Below are positions 56,503-64,000 of a stretch of DNA of 64,000 nucleotides, piece after piece. The notes under the pieces were generated by a model. It ran no database searches. It was not told the origin of the DNA and saw nothing but the letters and a program-made list of their open reading frames with translations. Positions within the stretch are counted from its first letter, which is position 1. Every line of letters starts with the position of its first letter. The position numbers and the translations under genes are program-made. Source of the stretch: a virus (lineage: Duplodnaviria > Caudoviricetes); the IMG/VR virus record IMGVR_UViG_3300037440_000399, positions 1-64,000 of that record, one strand, 5' to 3'.

Positions 56503-56877
56503 ATGGCGAACCGACTCGAAGACCATCTGCGCCTGCGGCTGCTGATCAATGGCGTGTTTCAGGTCAAGCCGTCCAGCGTACGGTTGCAACTTGCGCCGAA
56601 CAACAACCCGGTGGACACGCTCGAGGGCCTCGCCGGCAAGACGCCTGGCAGCGGTCGCACGACGATCACCGTGACGGCGGCCGTGCCCATCGGCGGCCCG
56701 GAGTTCGACTACTTCGGTTCCGCGACGCGCGGCGATTACGTCGAGATGCAGGTGCCGTTCGGTGCGCAGTCGTACATCGGCACGGGTTGGTTCGACGACG
56801 TCGAGATCGGCCAGAGCACGGGGGCAAATACCGAGGTCAACTTCACTTGGACCGGTGAGTTCGCCGAGCCGCGATAG
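56503..56877 (+). CDS. tail tube protein
   Basis: 124-aa beta-rich ORF directly after the sheath. Confidence 0.75.
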   Translation: MANRLEDHLRLRLLINGVFQVKPSSVRLQLAPNNNPVDTLEGLAGKTPGSGRTTITVTAAVPIGGPEFDYFGSATRGDYVEMQVPFGAQSYIGTGWFDDVEIGQSTGANTEVNFTWTGEFAEPR

Positions 56878-56939
56878 TCACATCTTCGCGCGCGAGCGTT
56901 TTTAGGCAGGGAAACGTGAGACGCAACATTCCGTTACGA

Positions 56940-56983
56940 ACCGCCGTGTGCCCGCGTCCCCGCGTGGCCGCGGCGGCTTTTTT
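56940..56983 (+). terminator. intrinsic terminator/attenuator after the tail tube gene
   Basis: CCGCCG...CGGCGG extended stem followed by TTTTTT. Confidence 0.65.
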
Positions 56984-56995
56984 ATTGGTGCGAAC

Positions 56996-57754
56996 GTGAG
57001 CGCGACCGTTGTCGAGGCGTCGGCTGACGAGTTGATCCGGTCGCTGCTCGAACCGTCGCCGAGCATGGTGTTCCACCTGGATCGGCGAGAGCCAAACGGG
57101 ACCACCAAACGCCACGCGCTCCGCGTGCGCATGCTGCGCATCACCGAGGACATCACGTGCCTTGCCAACGCGCAGGCGTACGCCAAAGAACGCGGAGAGG
57201 TGTCCAAGGACTACGGCGACATCTACCGCGAGGCGCAGGCCGTCGAGGTGTTGACGTTGGCGCTGTGTCATCTCGAAGATCGTACTCGCAACGACGGCAC
57301 GAAGTATTTCCCGCCACGGTTCACCGATCCGCAGCAGCTGCGCGATTCATTCACGGCGCCCGAGCTTGCGCAGTGCATGAACATGTATGAAATCGTCAAG
57401 GCGAAGTACGGGGCGCTGGAAGACTTCCACCCCGCGGAAACGGAACGCTGGATTGCGCGCCTCGCTGATCCACTGAGAGGTGCCTATTTTTTATCGGCAC
57501 TGGACTCGCAAGCCTGGCCGCTCCTCTTGTTGCACATGGCCCAATGGGGTCGGTCGTTGTGCCTGGAGATTGGGCGCCCGCTACCGAGCTCGGAAGATAT
57601 TTCGGAGTCCGACCCGCCGAGCTCCGACGAGGACACTGGATTCTCTTCACTGCCGCATGCCGAGTCGCAAGAGGGCGATGAGTTGCCGACCGACAAGCTG
57701 ATGACGGCGGAGCAAGCACGCGAGCGCGCGAAGCAGATGCGTAAGAAAAAGTAA
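56996..57754 (+). CDS. tail assembly chaperone with -1 slippery site (T TTT TTA, 57487-57493)
   Basis: Lies between tube and tape measure. The in-phase heptamer opens a -1 frame that ends at 57681. Confidence 0.75.
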   Translation: MSATVVEASADELIRSLLEPSPSMVFHLDRREPNGTTKRHALRVRMLRITEDITCLANAQAYAKERGEVSKDYGDIYREAQAVEVLTLALCHLEDRTRNDGTKYFPPRFTDPQQLRDSFTAPELAQCMNMYEIVKAKYGALEDFHPAETERWIARLADPLRGAYFLSALDSQAWPLLLLHMAQWGRSLCLEIGRPLPSSEDISESDPPSSDEDTGFSSLPHAESQEGDELPTDKLMTAEQARERAKQMRKKK

Positions 57755-57757
57755 CCG

Positions 57758-59890
57758 ATGCGCCTTCAATACGAAATTGCTGCGGTCGGCGTTGACCAGC
57801 TTCGCCGTACGGTGCGCTCTGCCGAGAGCATTCTTCGCGGTCACGCGCGGCAGACCGAGGCGATCACTCGCCGCGCGACCGGCTCAAGCCGCCCGCAGCG
57901 TCCGGGCGACGCCTTGCGCGGCTTCGACCAGATCGGGCGAGCGGCGCGGGCCGCAGACTTGCGCTCGTCTCGTGAGGCCATGGCGCTCGAGCGGCGGCGG
58001 CACGCAGAGGCCGTCCGGCACCGGCAACGCGAGGCTCAGGTCATGGCCCGGGGCCTGGCTTCGATCGGACGGGCTGCCCGAGCCGACGAGCTCCGGCGCC
58101 ATCGGGAGGCCATGCGCAATACCCAGCGCGAGGCCGCCGCTAGAGCACGCCTGGCGGCCCGTACGGCGTCCAGCATGGGCAGGGGCGCCGCGGGCGCCAT
58201 CGCGGGCGGCGCGCGCAACGTGGCGGGCCTAGGTGCCGGCATTCTGGGCATTGGCGGTGGGTTCGCGGTCGCGGGCGCCGTCCAGAGCCAGATGAGTGCT
58301 CAGGCGGTCGCGAGCAACCTGGCAAACCAAGCGGGCCGGCCAGAGCTCAAGGGCGACCTGCTCAAACAGATTCAAGGCCAGAAGGGCCTATCTGCCGAGG
58401 AAGCGGCCGGCGGCGCGTCGGCATTCCAGGCGCTCGCCGGCGACATCGAGGCGACTCAGCGCGTGCTGCCGATGCTGTCCGAGCTCGCGCTTGCGTCGGG
58501 CTCGAGCATCGAAGACTTGGGTGCCGCAGCGGGCAGTGCGTTCGCTCAAATCCGCCGTGACGTGTCTGACCCGATCGAGCAGATGAAGCGCCTCGCCGAC
58601 GTGATGCGTCTCGTCGCCGCGCAGGGCCAGCAGGGCGCGATCGAAATCCGAGACCTCGGCCGCGAGATGCCAAGGCTAGCAGGTGTCGCGTCCAAGTTCG
58701 TCGGCGACAAAGACAAGAACCTCGGCGCGATGGCGGCGTTTTCGCAGATTGCCGTCGAGCGAGGCGGTGCGGCCAATGCAGCGCAAGCGGTATCCGGCGT
58801 GGAAGCGATGGTACGCCAGCTCGGCGCGCGAGGCACACAGCTCGAGCGCATGGGCGTCAAGGTTTTTAAGCGCGACACGAAGGGGCGCCGCGTTGGTCTG
58901 CAGGATCCGACAGAAACCGTAATCGGCGCGCTCAAAGCCACCGGCGGAGATATCCCAAAGCTTCAGAAGATCTTCGGTGAAGAGGGCATGCGCGGGATCG
59001 AAGGCTTGCGCTCGACGTTCACGCAAGCCGGCGGAGGCGCAAAAGGCGAAGCCGCAATCCGTGAACAGTTCGCGCGCTTCTCGAAAACGATGACCGCCGA
59101 GGACGTCTCCGGACGCGCGCGCTCGCGTCTCGAAGATCCAGACCTGCGTTTCAAGGAGCAGGTAAAAAAGTTCAACATGGAAGTTGGCTCGCGTCTCATG
59201 CCGGTCGTGACGAACAGTCTACTGCCAGCGCTTGAGAAGCTCGCGCCGCACATTGCGAACGCTGCGGACGCCGCCGCCAAGTTTGCAATGTGGTTCGCCG
59301 AGAATCCGATCAAAGGCATCGGCGCAGCCATCGCGGCCGCGGCCGCGAAAGACATCGCGATCGCGGGCGTCGGGAAGGGCATCTCATCTGCCGTCGAGGG
59401 GCTAATCAACGCGATGCGTCCTCGGGCGCCAGCTCTGCCCGGTGGCGTTCCGACGGGAGGCAGCGCTCCTGCGCTCGGCGGAGTCGGCGGTATGAAGCCA
59501 AACGCGGCGACGAGCATGCGCGGACTGGGTGCGATGGCAATCGGCGCCAGCATGCTCCCTGAGCTCGAGGCAATGAAGCCTGCGATGCTCGAGCAAATCA
59601 AAATGGACCAGGAGCGCTCGAAGACGGAGCCCTGGTACGAGAGCATTTTTCGCGGACTAGGCAAAGGCAGCGGAAGCGCTCTGGACGTTGCGGCGTTCGG
59701 CGGCACCAAAGGCAAGAACGTCGAAGTGGAGCGCCACGCCGAAGCCACGAAGCGCGCCGACGACAAGGCAGCCGCGGCGCAGATGGCGCAGCTCACCGAG
59801 GCCATGAAAGGCGCGGTCGGGCCGCTGCAACAGATCGCTGCGATTGCACCCGCGGCTCCCAACCGCACCCAGCCCATTGCCGCGCGATGA
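57758..59890 (+). CDS. tape measure protein
   Basis: 710-aa Ala/Gly-rich helical protein with TMP-like QGQQGAIEIRDL motif. Confidence 0.88.
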   Translation: MRLQYEIAAVGVDQLRRTVRSAESILRGHARQTEAITRRATGSSRPQRPGDALRGFDQIGRAARAADLRSSREAMALERRRHAEAVRHRQREAQVMARGLASIGRAARADELRRHREAMRNTQREAAARARLAARTASSMGRGAAGAIAGGARNVAGLGAGILGIGGGFAVAGAVQSQMSAQAVASNLANQAGRPELKGDLLKQIQGQKGLSAEEAAGGASAFQALAGDIEATQRVLPMLSELALASGSSIEDLGAAAGSAFAQIRRDVSDPIEQMKRLADVMRLVAAQGQQGAIEIRDLGREMPRLAGVASKFVGDKDKNLGAMAAFSQIAVERGGAANAAQAVSGVEAMVRQLGARGTQLERMGVKVFKRDTKGRRVGLQDPTETVIGALKATGGDIPKLQKIFGEEGMRGIEGLRSTFTQAGGGAKGEAAIREQFARFSKTMTAEDVSGRARSRLEDPDLRFKEQVKKFNMEVGSRLMPVVTNSLLPALEKLAPHIANAADAAAKFAMWFAENPIKGIGAAIAAAAAKDIAIAGVGKGISSAVEGLINAMRPRAPALPGGVPTGGSAPALGGVGGMKPNAATSMRGLGAMAIGASMLPELEAMKPAMLEQIKMDQERSKTEPWYESIFRGLGKGSGSALDVAAFGGTKGKNVEVERHAEATKRADDKAAAAQMAQLTEAMKGAVGPLQQIAAIAPAAPNRTQPIAAR

Positions 59891-59893
59891 GTT

Positions 59894-60151
59894 ATGCTCG
59901 CAGTGATGAAACACTTTCGGTTGCGCGGCGTGACGGTAGCGCCATTGCCCGAGGGCCAACGGGCGGCGATGATCTCTGTGCCCACATACTTCCAGGCACA
60001 ATCTCTCACGGATGCGCGTAAACTCGTGCAAAACGCGGCGACGCTCCCCCTGGAACGCATCGATCTGGACGAGTGGAATGAAGATCACGGTTGGGTCGAT
60101 GCGGACAGTGGCCCCGGCGTGATCATTGAGAGCAAGACGCGCGGCCCGTGA
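59894..60151 (+). CDS. hypothetical protein inserted in the tail module
   Basis: 85-aa ORF between the TMP and the DNA-circularisation gene. Confidence 0.5.
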   Translation: MLAVMKHFRLRGVTVAPLPEGQRAAMISVPTYFQAQSLTDARKLVQNAATLPLERIDLDEWNEDHGWVDADSGPGVIIESKTRGP

Positions 60152-61044
60152 TGACCGACATTCTCAAGCAACTAATGCCCGCGGGCTGGCGGGAAGTGGA
60201 GTTCCCTGTCTCGGCGCGTGAGTACGGGTTCGCGCAGGACCACGCCAAGCACCGCTTTATCTTCCGCAACGACGAGCTCGTGGAATCGCTTGGGCGCCAG
60301 AGCCCGACGTACCGCTACACGATCCCATTCCGCGAAGACATCGTCATCGGGCGCTGGAAGAACCTCTTCACGGTCGTCTACCCGGAGTTCCTCGAAGCCT
60401 GTCAGAATCGCGACGCGGGAGTGCTCGAGGATCCGGTTCACGGCGGCCTACAAGTCAAGTGCGCATCGTTGCGCGAAACGTTGGACGTCAACCGCCGCGA
60501 TGGCGTTGATGTTGAAGCAGAGTTCATTGTCGCGCCGGAGCTCGAAGACCTAGCCGAAGACCTCGGCACACAGATCAGCACACTGAAAGGCGCCGAGGAT
60601 CAGGCGGGCTTGTTCGATCGCGAGGCCGCCAAGGTCGACTGGCAGCAAGAGCCGTCGCCCGAGCCGACGAACGACATCTTTGGCACCATATCGAGCGTCG
60701 GCGATCAGATCAGCGTCGCGGGCGGAAAGATTACGAGCAAGCTAGCCGACCTGTCATTCCGAATGCAGAAGGCCACCGACTCGATTGACCGTCTGAAGAA
60801 CCCTGAGCTTGCGCCGATGCGTTACCAGGCTCGCCGTGTGCAGATCGCAGCGCACGATCTGCAGGACAATCTGCACGAACCGCCGGACGTAATCGCCGTG
60901 TACGAGGCAGCGTCCGACATCAGCGTGATCGCGCTGGCTGGGCTGTGCCGCATGGCGCTGAAAGACTTCCTCGAGCTCAACCCACTGCTCGCGTCGAAGC
61001 GCCTCGTGCCGCGGGGCACGCGCGTGAGGCGGAGGGCGGCGTGA
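60148..61044 (+). CDS. Mu-like DNA circularisation N-terminal domain protein
   Basis: WREVEFPV...H.F...VESLGR...GVLEDPVHG; C-terminal LysM-like LELNP..LVPRGT. Confidence 0.8.
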   Translation: MMTDILKQLMPAGWREVEFPVSAREYGFAQDHAKHRFIFRNDELVESLGRQSPTYRYTIPFREDIVIGRWKNLFTVVYPEFLEACQNRDAGVLEDPVHGGLQVKCASLRETLDVNRRDGVDVEAEFIVAPELEDLAEDLGTQISTLKGAEDQAGLFDREAAKVDWQQEPSPEPTNDIFGTISSVGDQISVAGGKITSKLADLSFRMQKATDSIDRLKNPELAPMRYQARRVQIAAHDLQDNLHEPPDVIAVYEAASDISVIALAGLCRMALKDFLELNPLLASKRLVPRGTRVRRRAA

Positions 61045-61047
61045 GCG

Positions 61048-61062
61048 TGGTAGACTGAGGTT
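61048..61062 (+). promoter_or_regulatory. extended -10 promoter for the 61063 gene
   Basis: TG-G-TAGACT, 6 nt, then ATG at 61063. Confidence 0.5.
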
Positions 61063-61401
61063 ATGCCAACGATCGAATTGAAAGGTGTTATCCGGTTGCC
61101 TCCCCCGAAGTCGCGGACCGGTTACGCCATACGCATGGACGGCGGGTTCCTTTCTGGCATGGACCAAAACGGCATGCTCTACACGGCGCCCGAAGGTAGC
61201 CCGCACCGCCAGGTATGTTTGGATATCGAGCAAGCCAGCGCCATTGCCGAGGCACTGAAGCGTTTCAATACGGAAGTCGTCGAGGTGCCGTTGTCTGACC
61301 TGACGCCGCCCTGGGCAGAGCCGGATTTCACATGGGAGCTGCCGAGCAAAACAGACGCCTTCGCGGATTGGTCCGATGACCGACCACGGCTTCACCGTTG
61401 A
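61063..61401 (+). CDS. hypothetical moron-like protein
   Basis: 112 aa with its own candidate promoter; interrupts the tail gene order. Confidence 0.5.
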   Translation: MPTIELKGVIRLPPPKSRTGYAIRMDGGFLSGMDQNGMLYTAPEGSPHRQVCLDIEQASAIAEALKRFNTEVVEVPLSDLTPPWAEPDFTWELPSKTDAFADWSDDRPRLHR

Positions 61402-62590
61402 ATTCGAGCACACCGGCGAGAAGTTCGAAGCGAGCCGATGGGGCATCGAGAGCTATTCGATCGACTCGTCCTGGCTGACGCCCACGGATGCCTTTTCGTT
61501 CGATATCTTCTGGGGCGAGGACCGCGGCGCCGAGCTCCGGCAGAAGTTCCGCCCGCTGCAGCCAATCAAGCTCTACATCGACGACACGTGCCAGCTAATC
61601 GGGCGCATCGACAAGACGTCACCGTCCGGCCAGAGCGGCGCGGGCCTGCACGTCGAGGGGCGTGACTATCTCGCGATGCTGGTCGACGGCAGCGTGGACC
61701 CGTCGCTGAGATTCAAGAAAACGCAAGACCTCGGCGACGCGATCCTGAGCATCACGCGACCATTCGGCATCACGACGATCTTTAGCGGCGGGTTCAACCT
61801 CACGCGCAACATACTCACCGGCAAGCGTCCGTACGGCGGTGCACCGTCGCGAGATTTCAAAGCGGCTAAACTCGACGACTTCAAGCCTGACGAGGGCGAC
61901 GGCGCGTATCAGGTAGCAGAGAAGCTCGCGGCGCGACATGGCTTCATGCTGCAGCCTGCCGGCTCGCGCGACGCCATCGTGCTCGCCGAGCCCGAGTATC
62001 GCCAGGCTCCAAGCTACGAGTTTCGTCGCCCCGGCAACGTGCTTAGCGCTGGCGCCTCGCGCGATTACAGCGACGTGCCGACCGTGACGATTGCCACGGG
62101 ACGCGCGGGCGAAGCTGGCGGCAAGGTCGGCGCCATGCAGCACATGCGCTCCGCATTCGGCGACGACGCCATCAGCGCGATCGGCAAGAACGCCGAGGTG
62201 AAAGCCATTACGGGCTTTGGTACGGCGCCCGCGGTCATCAACTTTCGCATCCCGCCGACGTCCGAGGTGGTCGCTGGGCTCGGCGGCTTGCTCTACCGTC
62301 CGCTGTACTACAAGGACAAGGACTCGCGGAACCAAGAGCAGCTCGAGCGTGGGCTAAAGCGCGAGATCAGTGAGCGACTACGCAAGACGCTTGAGTACAC
62401 AGTTACGATGCGCGGGCACTCTCACCCGGACACGGGCGCGTACTACGCGATCGACACCATCGCCGATGTCAAGGACGGTATCGACGACGTGAACGAGCAG
62501 CTGTGGGTTTACGAGCGCCGCATGTCTAACTCAGGGCAAGGACCTATGACCGAGCTGAAAATGGTTCGCCCAGAAAGCTACGTGCTCTAG
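61376..62590 (+). CDS. baseplate hub protein (Mu gp44 / gpD-like)
   Basis: YSIDSSWLTPTDAFSF, GRIDK, GRDYLAMLVDGS and RDYSD motifs. Confidence 0.82.
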   Translation: MTDHGFTVEFEHTGEKFEASRWGIESYSIDSSWLTPTDAFSFDIFWGEDRGAELRQKFRPLQPIKLYIDDTCQLIGRIDKTSPSGQSGAGLHVEGRDYLAMLVDGSVDPSLRFKKTQDLGDAILSITRPFGITTIFSGGFNLTRNILTGKRPYGGAPSRDFKAAKLDDFKPDEGDGAYQVAEKLAARHGFMLQPAGSRDAIVLAEPEYRQAPSYEFRRPGNVLSAGASRDYSDVPTVTIATGRAGEAGGKVGAMQHMRSAFGDDAISAIGKNAEVKAITGFGTAPAVINFRIPPTSEVVAGLGGLLYRPLYYKDKDSRNQEQLERGLKREISERLRKTLEYTVTMRGHSHPDTGAYYAIDTIADVKDGIDDVNEQLWVYERRMSNSGQGPMTELKMVRPESYVL

Positions 62591-63222
62591 TGGCTGAACT
62601 CGTCGACGCGGGCGCCGCGAAACTCGACCCGAAAACGGGCGCGCTGCTCGTACAGTGCAAGGGCTCGACGCTGTCCACCGATGGCGACGCGCCGGACTAC
62701 GGCGACGCGCCCGTGTTTGCAGCTCTCGGCATTGTCGCGATGCCGTACCCCGCCGACGACAACGGCGGCGCGCAATTCATCGTGGCGAACGACGTCACGG
62801 GGTTGGACGGCGCGGTCATCGGCGGACGCGATACGCGCACGTCGAAGATCGTTGGCAATTTGAAGCCGGGCGACACGGTGGTCCATTCGACCGGCCCCAA
62901 GATGGCGGCCCAGCTCCAGCTCAAAGAGGACAAGCGACAAGCCGTGCTGGTGAGCAAGGACACGCGCGGGCAGACGATGGTCGCCATGCTCGACGGCGTG
63001 AACGACAAGGTGCAGATCGCAGCGTTCGGCGGAATCATCGAGCTCTCGCGCGAGAACGGCATCGTGCTCTCTCACGGTGGCGCAGGGCTGCAAATTAAAG
63101 ACGGCGTGATCTCACAGACCGGGACGATCGTCCTCGGCGGACGCACGCCCACGCTACCCGTGCTCGCGGGCGCATCCGGCCCTGCTGGCGTTGCGACGCC
63201 GGGCGTCTTCGTCGGCGCATGA
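62590..63222 (+). CDS. baseplate spike protein (Mu gp45-like)
   Basis: LKPGDTVVHS motif and C-terminal beta-strand repeats; follows the hub. Confidence 0.72.
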   Translation: MAELVDAGAAKLDPKTGALLVQCKGSTLSTDGDAPDYGDAPVFAALGIVAMPYPADDNGGAQFIVANDVTGLDGAVIGGRDTRTSKIVGNLKPGDTVVHSTGPKMAAQLQLKEDKRQAVLVSKDTRGQTMVAMLDGVNDKVQIAAFGGIIELSRENGIVLSHGGAGLQIKDGVISQTGTIVLGGRTPTLPVLAGASGPAGVATPGVFVGA

Positions 63223-63521
63223 GTCTCTGCGACTTCGCTCTGCCGACGCTCTCGTTGCCGACGCTAAGTATCGCGCTCCCCTCGCTGCCCTCACTCCCAT
63301 TCTTCTCGATCGACCTCGACTTCGACATTCCGCTGCCGACGCTCGCGCTCCCTACACTGAGTCTCGAGCTGCCGTCGTTGCCTGGCCTGCCGATCTTCAG
63401 CATAGACCTCGACTTGCCGGACCTGCCGCAGCTACCGACGCTTGCGCTGCCTACGTTGAGTCTGGAGCTTCCGAGTTTGCCAGGGCTTCCGTTTTTTCGG
63501 ATCGAATGCCCGTTGGATTAG
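63219..63521 (+). CDS. Leu/Pro-rich three-repeat protein
   Basis: Three copies of LPTL(S/A)LPTLS(I/L)xLPSLPxLP(F/I)F.I; Cys near both termini. Confidence 0.6.
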   Translation: MSLCDFALPTLSLPTLSIALPSLPSLPFFSIDLDFDIPLPTLALPTLSLELPSLPGLPIFSIDLDLPDLPQLPTLALPTLSLELPSLPGLPFFRIECPLD

Positions 63522-63889
63522 CGCGGACAGTATTGGTCACGGGTCCATAGGCGTTGTGCGTCCGAGTCGCTTGCGTATTTTGCTAAGCACTCAGCGTGCA
63601 GCCTCGCTGAACTAGCCTTGCACGAGTCGACCGCCCATATCCCCAGTCCGAACAGGACGGCTAGCGCCAGCCCCGTCGTGATCAGGTTCACCCGCAGTTC
63701 GCGCCCGTGCTGGGTATGGGCAGCGGGTAAAAGCGTAGCGAACGGCGATTGCTGCAGCGCGAGCCACTGCCCGCCCGTCTCCGCCTGAACGAAGGCGTCG
63801 ACCATTCCGCCGCGAATCCACCCTGCGATCTGAGACTCGTCCACGGGGCCAACGGTTTCACCGTTTCTGCTGACATACCAGCGCATCAT
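63518..63889 (-). CDS. GYF_2 (DUF4339)-domain single-pass membrane protein
   Basis: WYVSRNGETVGPV......I..G......V......W followed by a TM helix; antisense to the tail operon. Confidence 0.72.
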   Translation of the reverse strand: MMRWYVSRNGETVGPVDESQIAGWIRGGMVDAFVQAETGGQWLALQQSPFATLLPAAHTQHGRELRVNLITTGLALAVLFGLGIWAVDSCKASSARLHAECLAKYASDSDAQRLWTRDQYCPR

Positions 63890-64000
63890 TGGTCCACACA
63901 CTTTCGACAGCACCACGTGAGTCCGTCCGTTACGCAAGCAACGCCGGGGTCAGACGTGTCGTAACCCATGCGCTTGCAAGAGTCCGTGCAGTAGCCTGTG

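Noticed and set aside
54766-56589. 607-aa reverse-strand ORF
   Set aside because: It is the antisense shadow of the tail sheath gene. High-GC codon bias suppresses stops and the protein has no motifs.
58963-60060. 365-aa reverse ORF
   Set aside because: Antisense shadow of the tape measure gene.
43289-63222. Mu-like transposable phage
   Set aside because: The terminase and tail are Mu-like, but there is no DDE transposase or MuB. A tyrosine integrase and attP are present instead.
1-64000. CRISPR array, diversity-generating retroelement, retron or intron
   Set aside because: No regularly spaced repeat-spacer units, reverse transcriptase motif, TR/VR pair or split conserved gene was seen by eye. 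The scan was not exhaustive.

Overview
This window holds most of a GC-rich temperate tailed-phage genome with a contractile tail. Its terminase and tail/baseplate modules are Mu-like, but it carries a tyrosine integrase rather than a transposase. The gene order looks circularly permuted: tail-fibre-like genes and a long lysis/envelope cluster (1-12.4 kb, +); a leftward early arm with RecT/YqaJ/DEDDh exonuclease (12.4-22.5 kb, -); a divergent Xre/Xre switch (22.6-23.5 kb); a rightward early/middle arm (ParB-MTase, GHKL ATPase, LexA-like, SLOG, Xis/Int, DNA MTase, RusA-like, replication initiator, helicase loader, Q-like protein; 23.2-42.6 kb); then packaging, head and tail genes (42.8-63.5 kb). 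An intact tRNA-Asn-like attP core just after int suggests the unintegrated form. A Myxococcota-like host is inferred from the GYF_2 protein, Thivi_2564-like protein and Cys-rich lipoprotein; this is not proven. The most striking unexplained signal is a ~54-nt element with a fully covarying stem that precedes two unrelated antisense HNH genes. Other highlights are a duplicated 36-bp promoter/tandem-operator module, a -1 slippery site in the tail chaperone that gives a shorter product, a ParB-MTase/MORC-like ATPase pair, and a glycosyltransferase/methyltransferase pair in the head-tail region. All family calls come from motif recognition by eye; no database searches were run.
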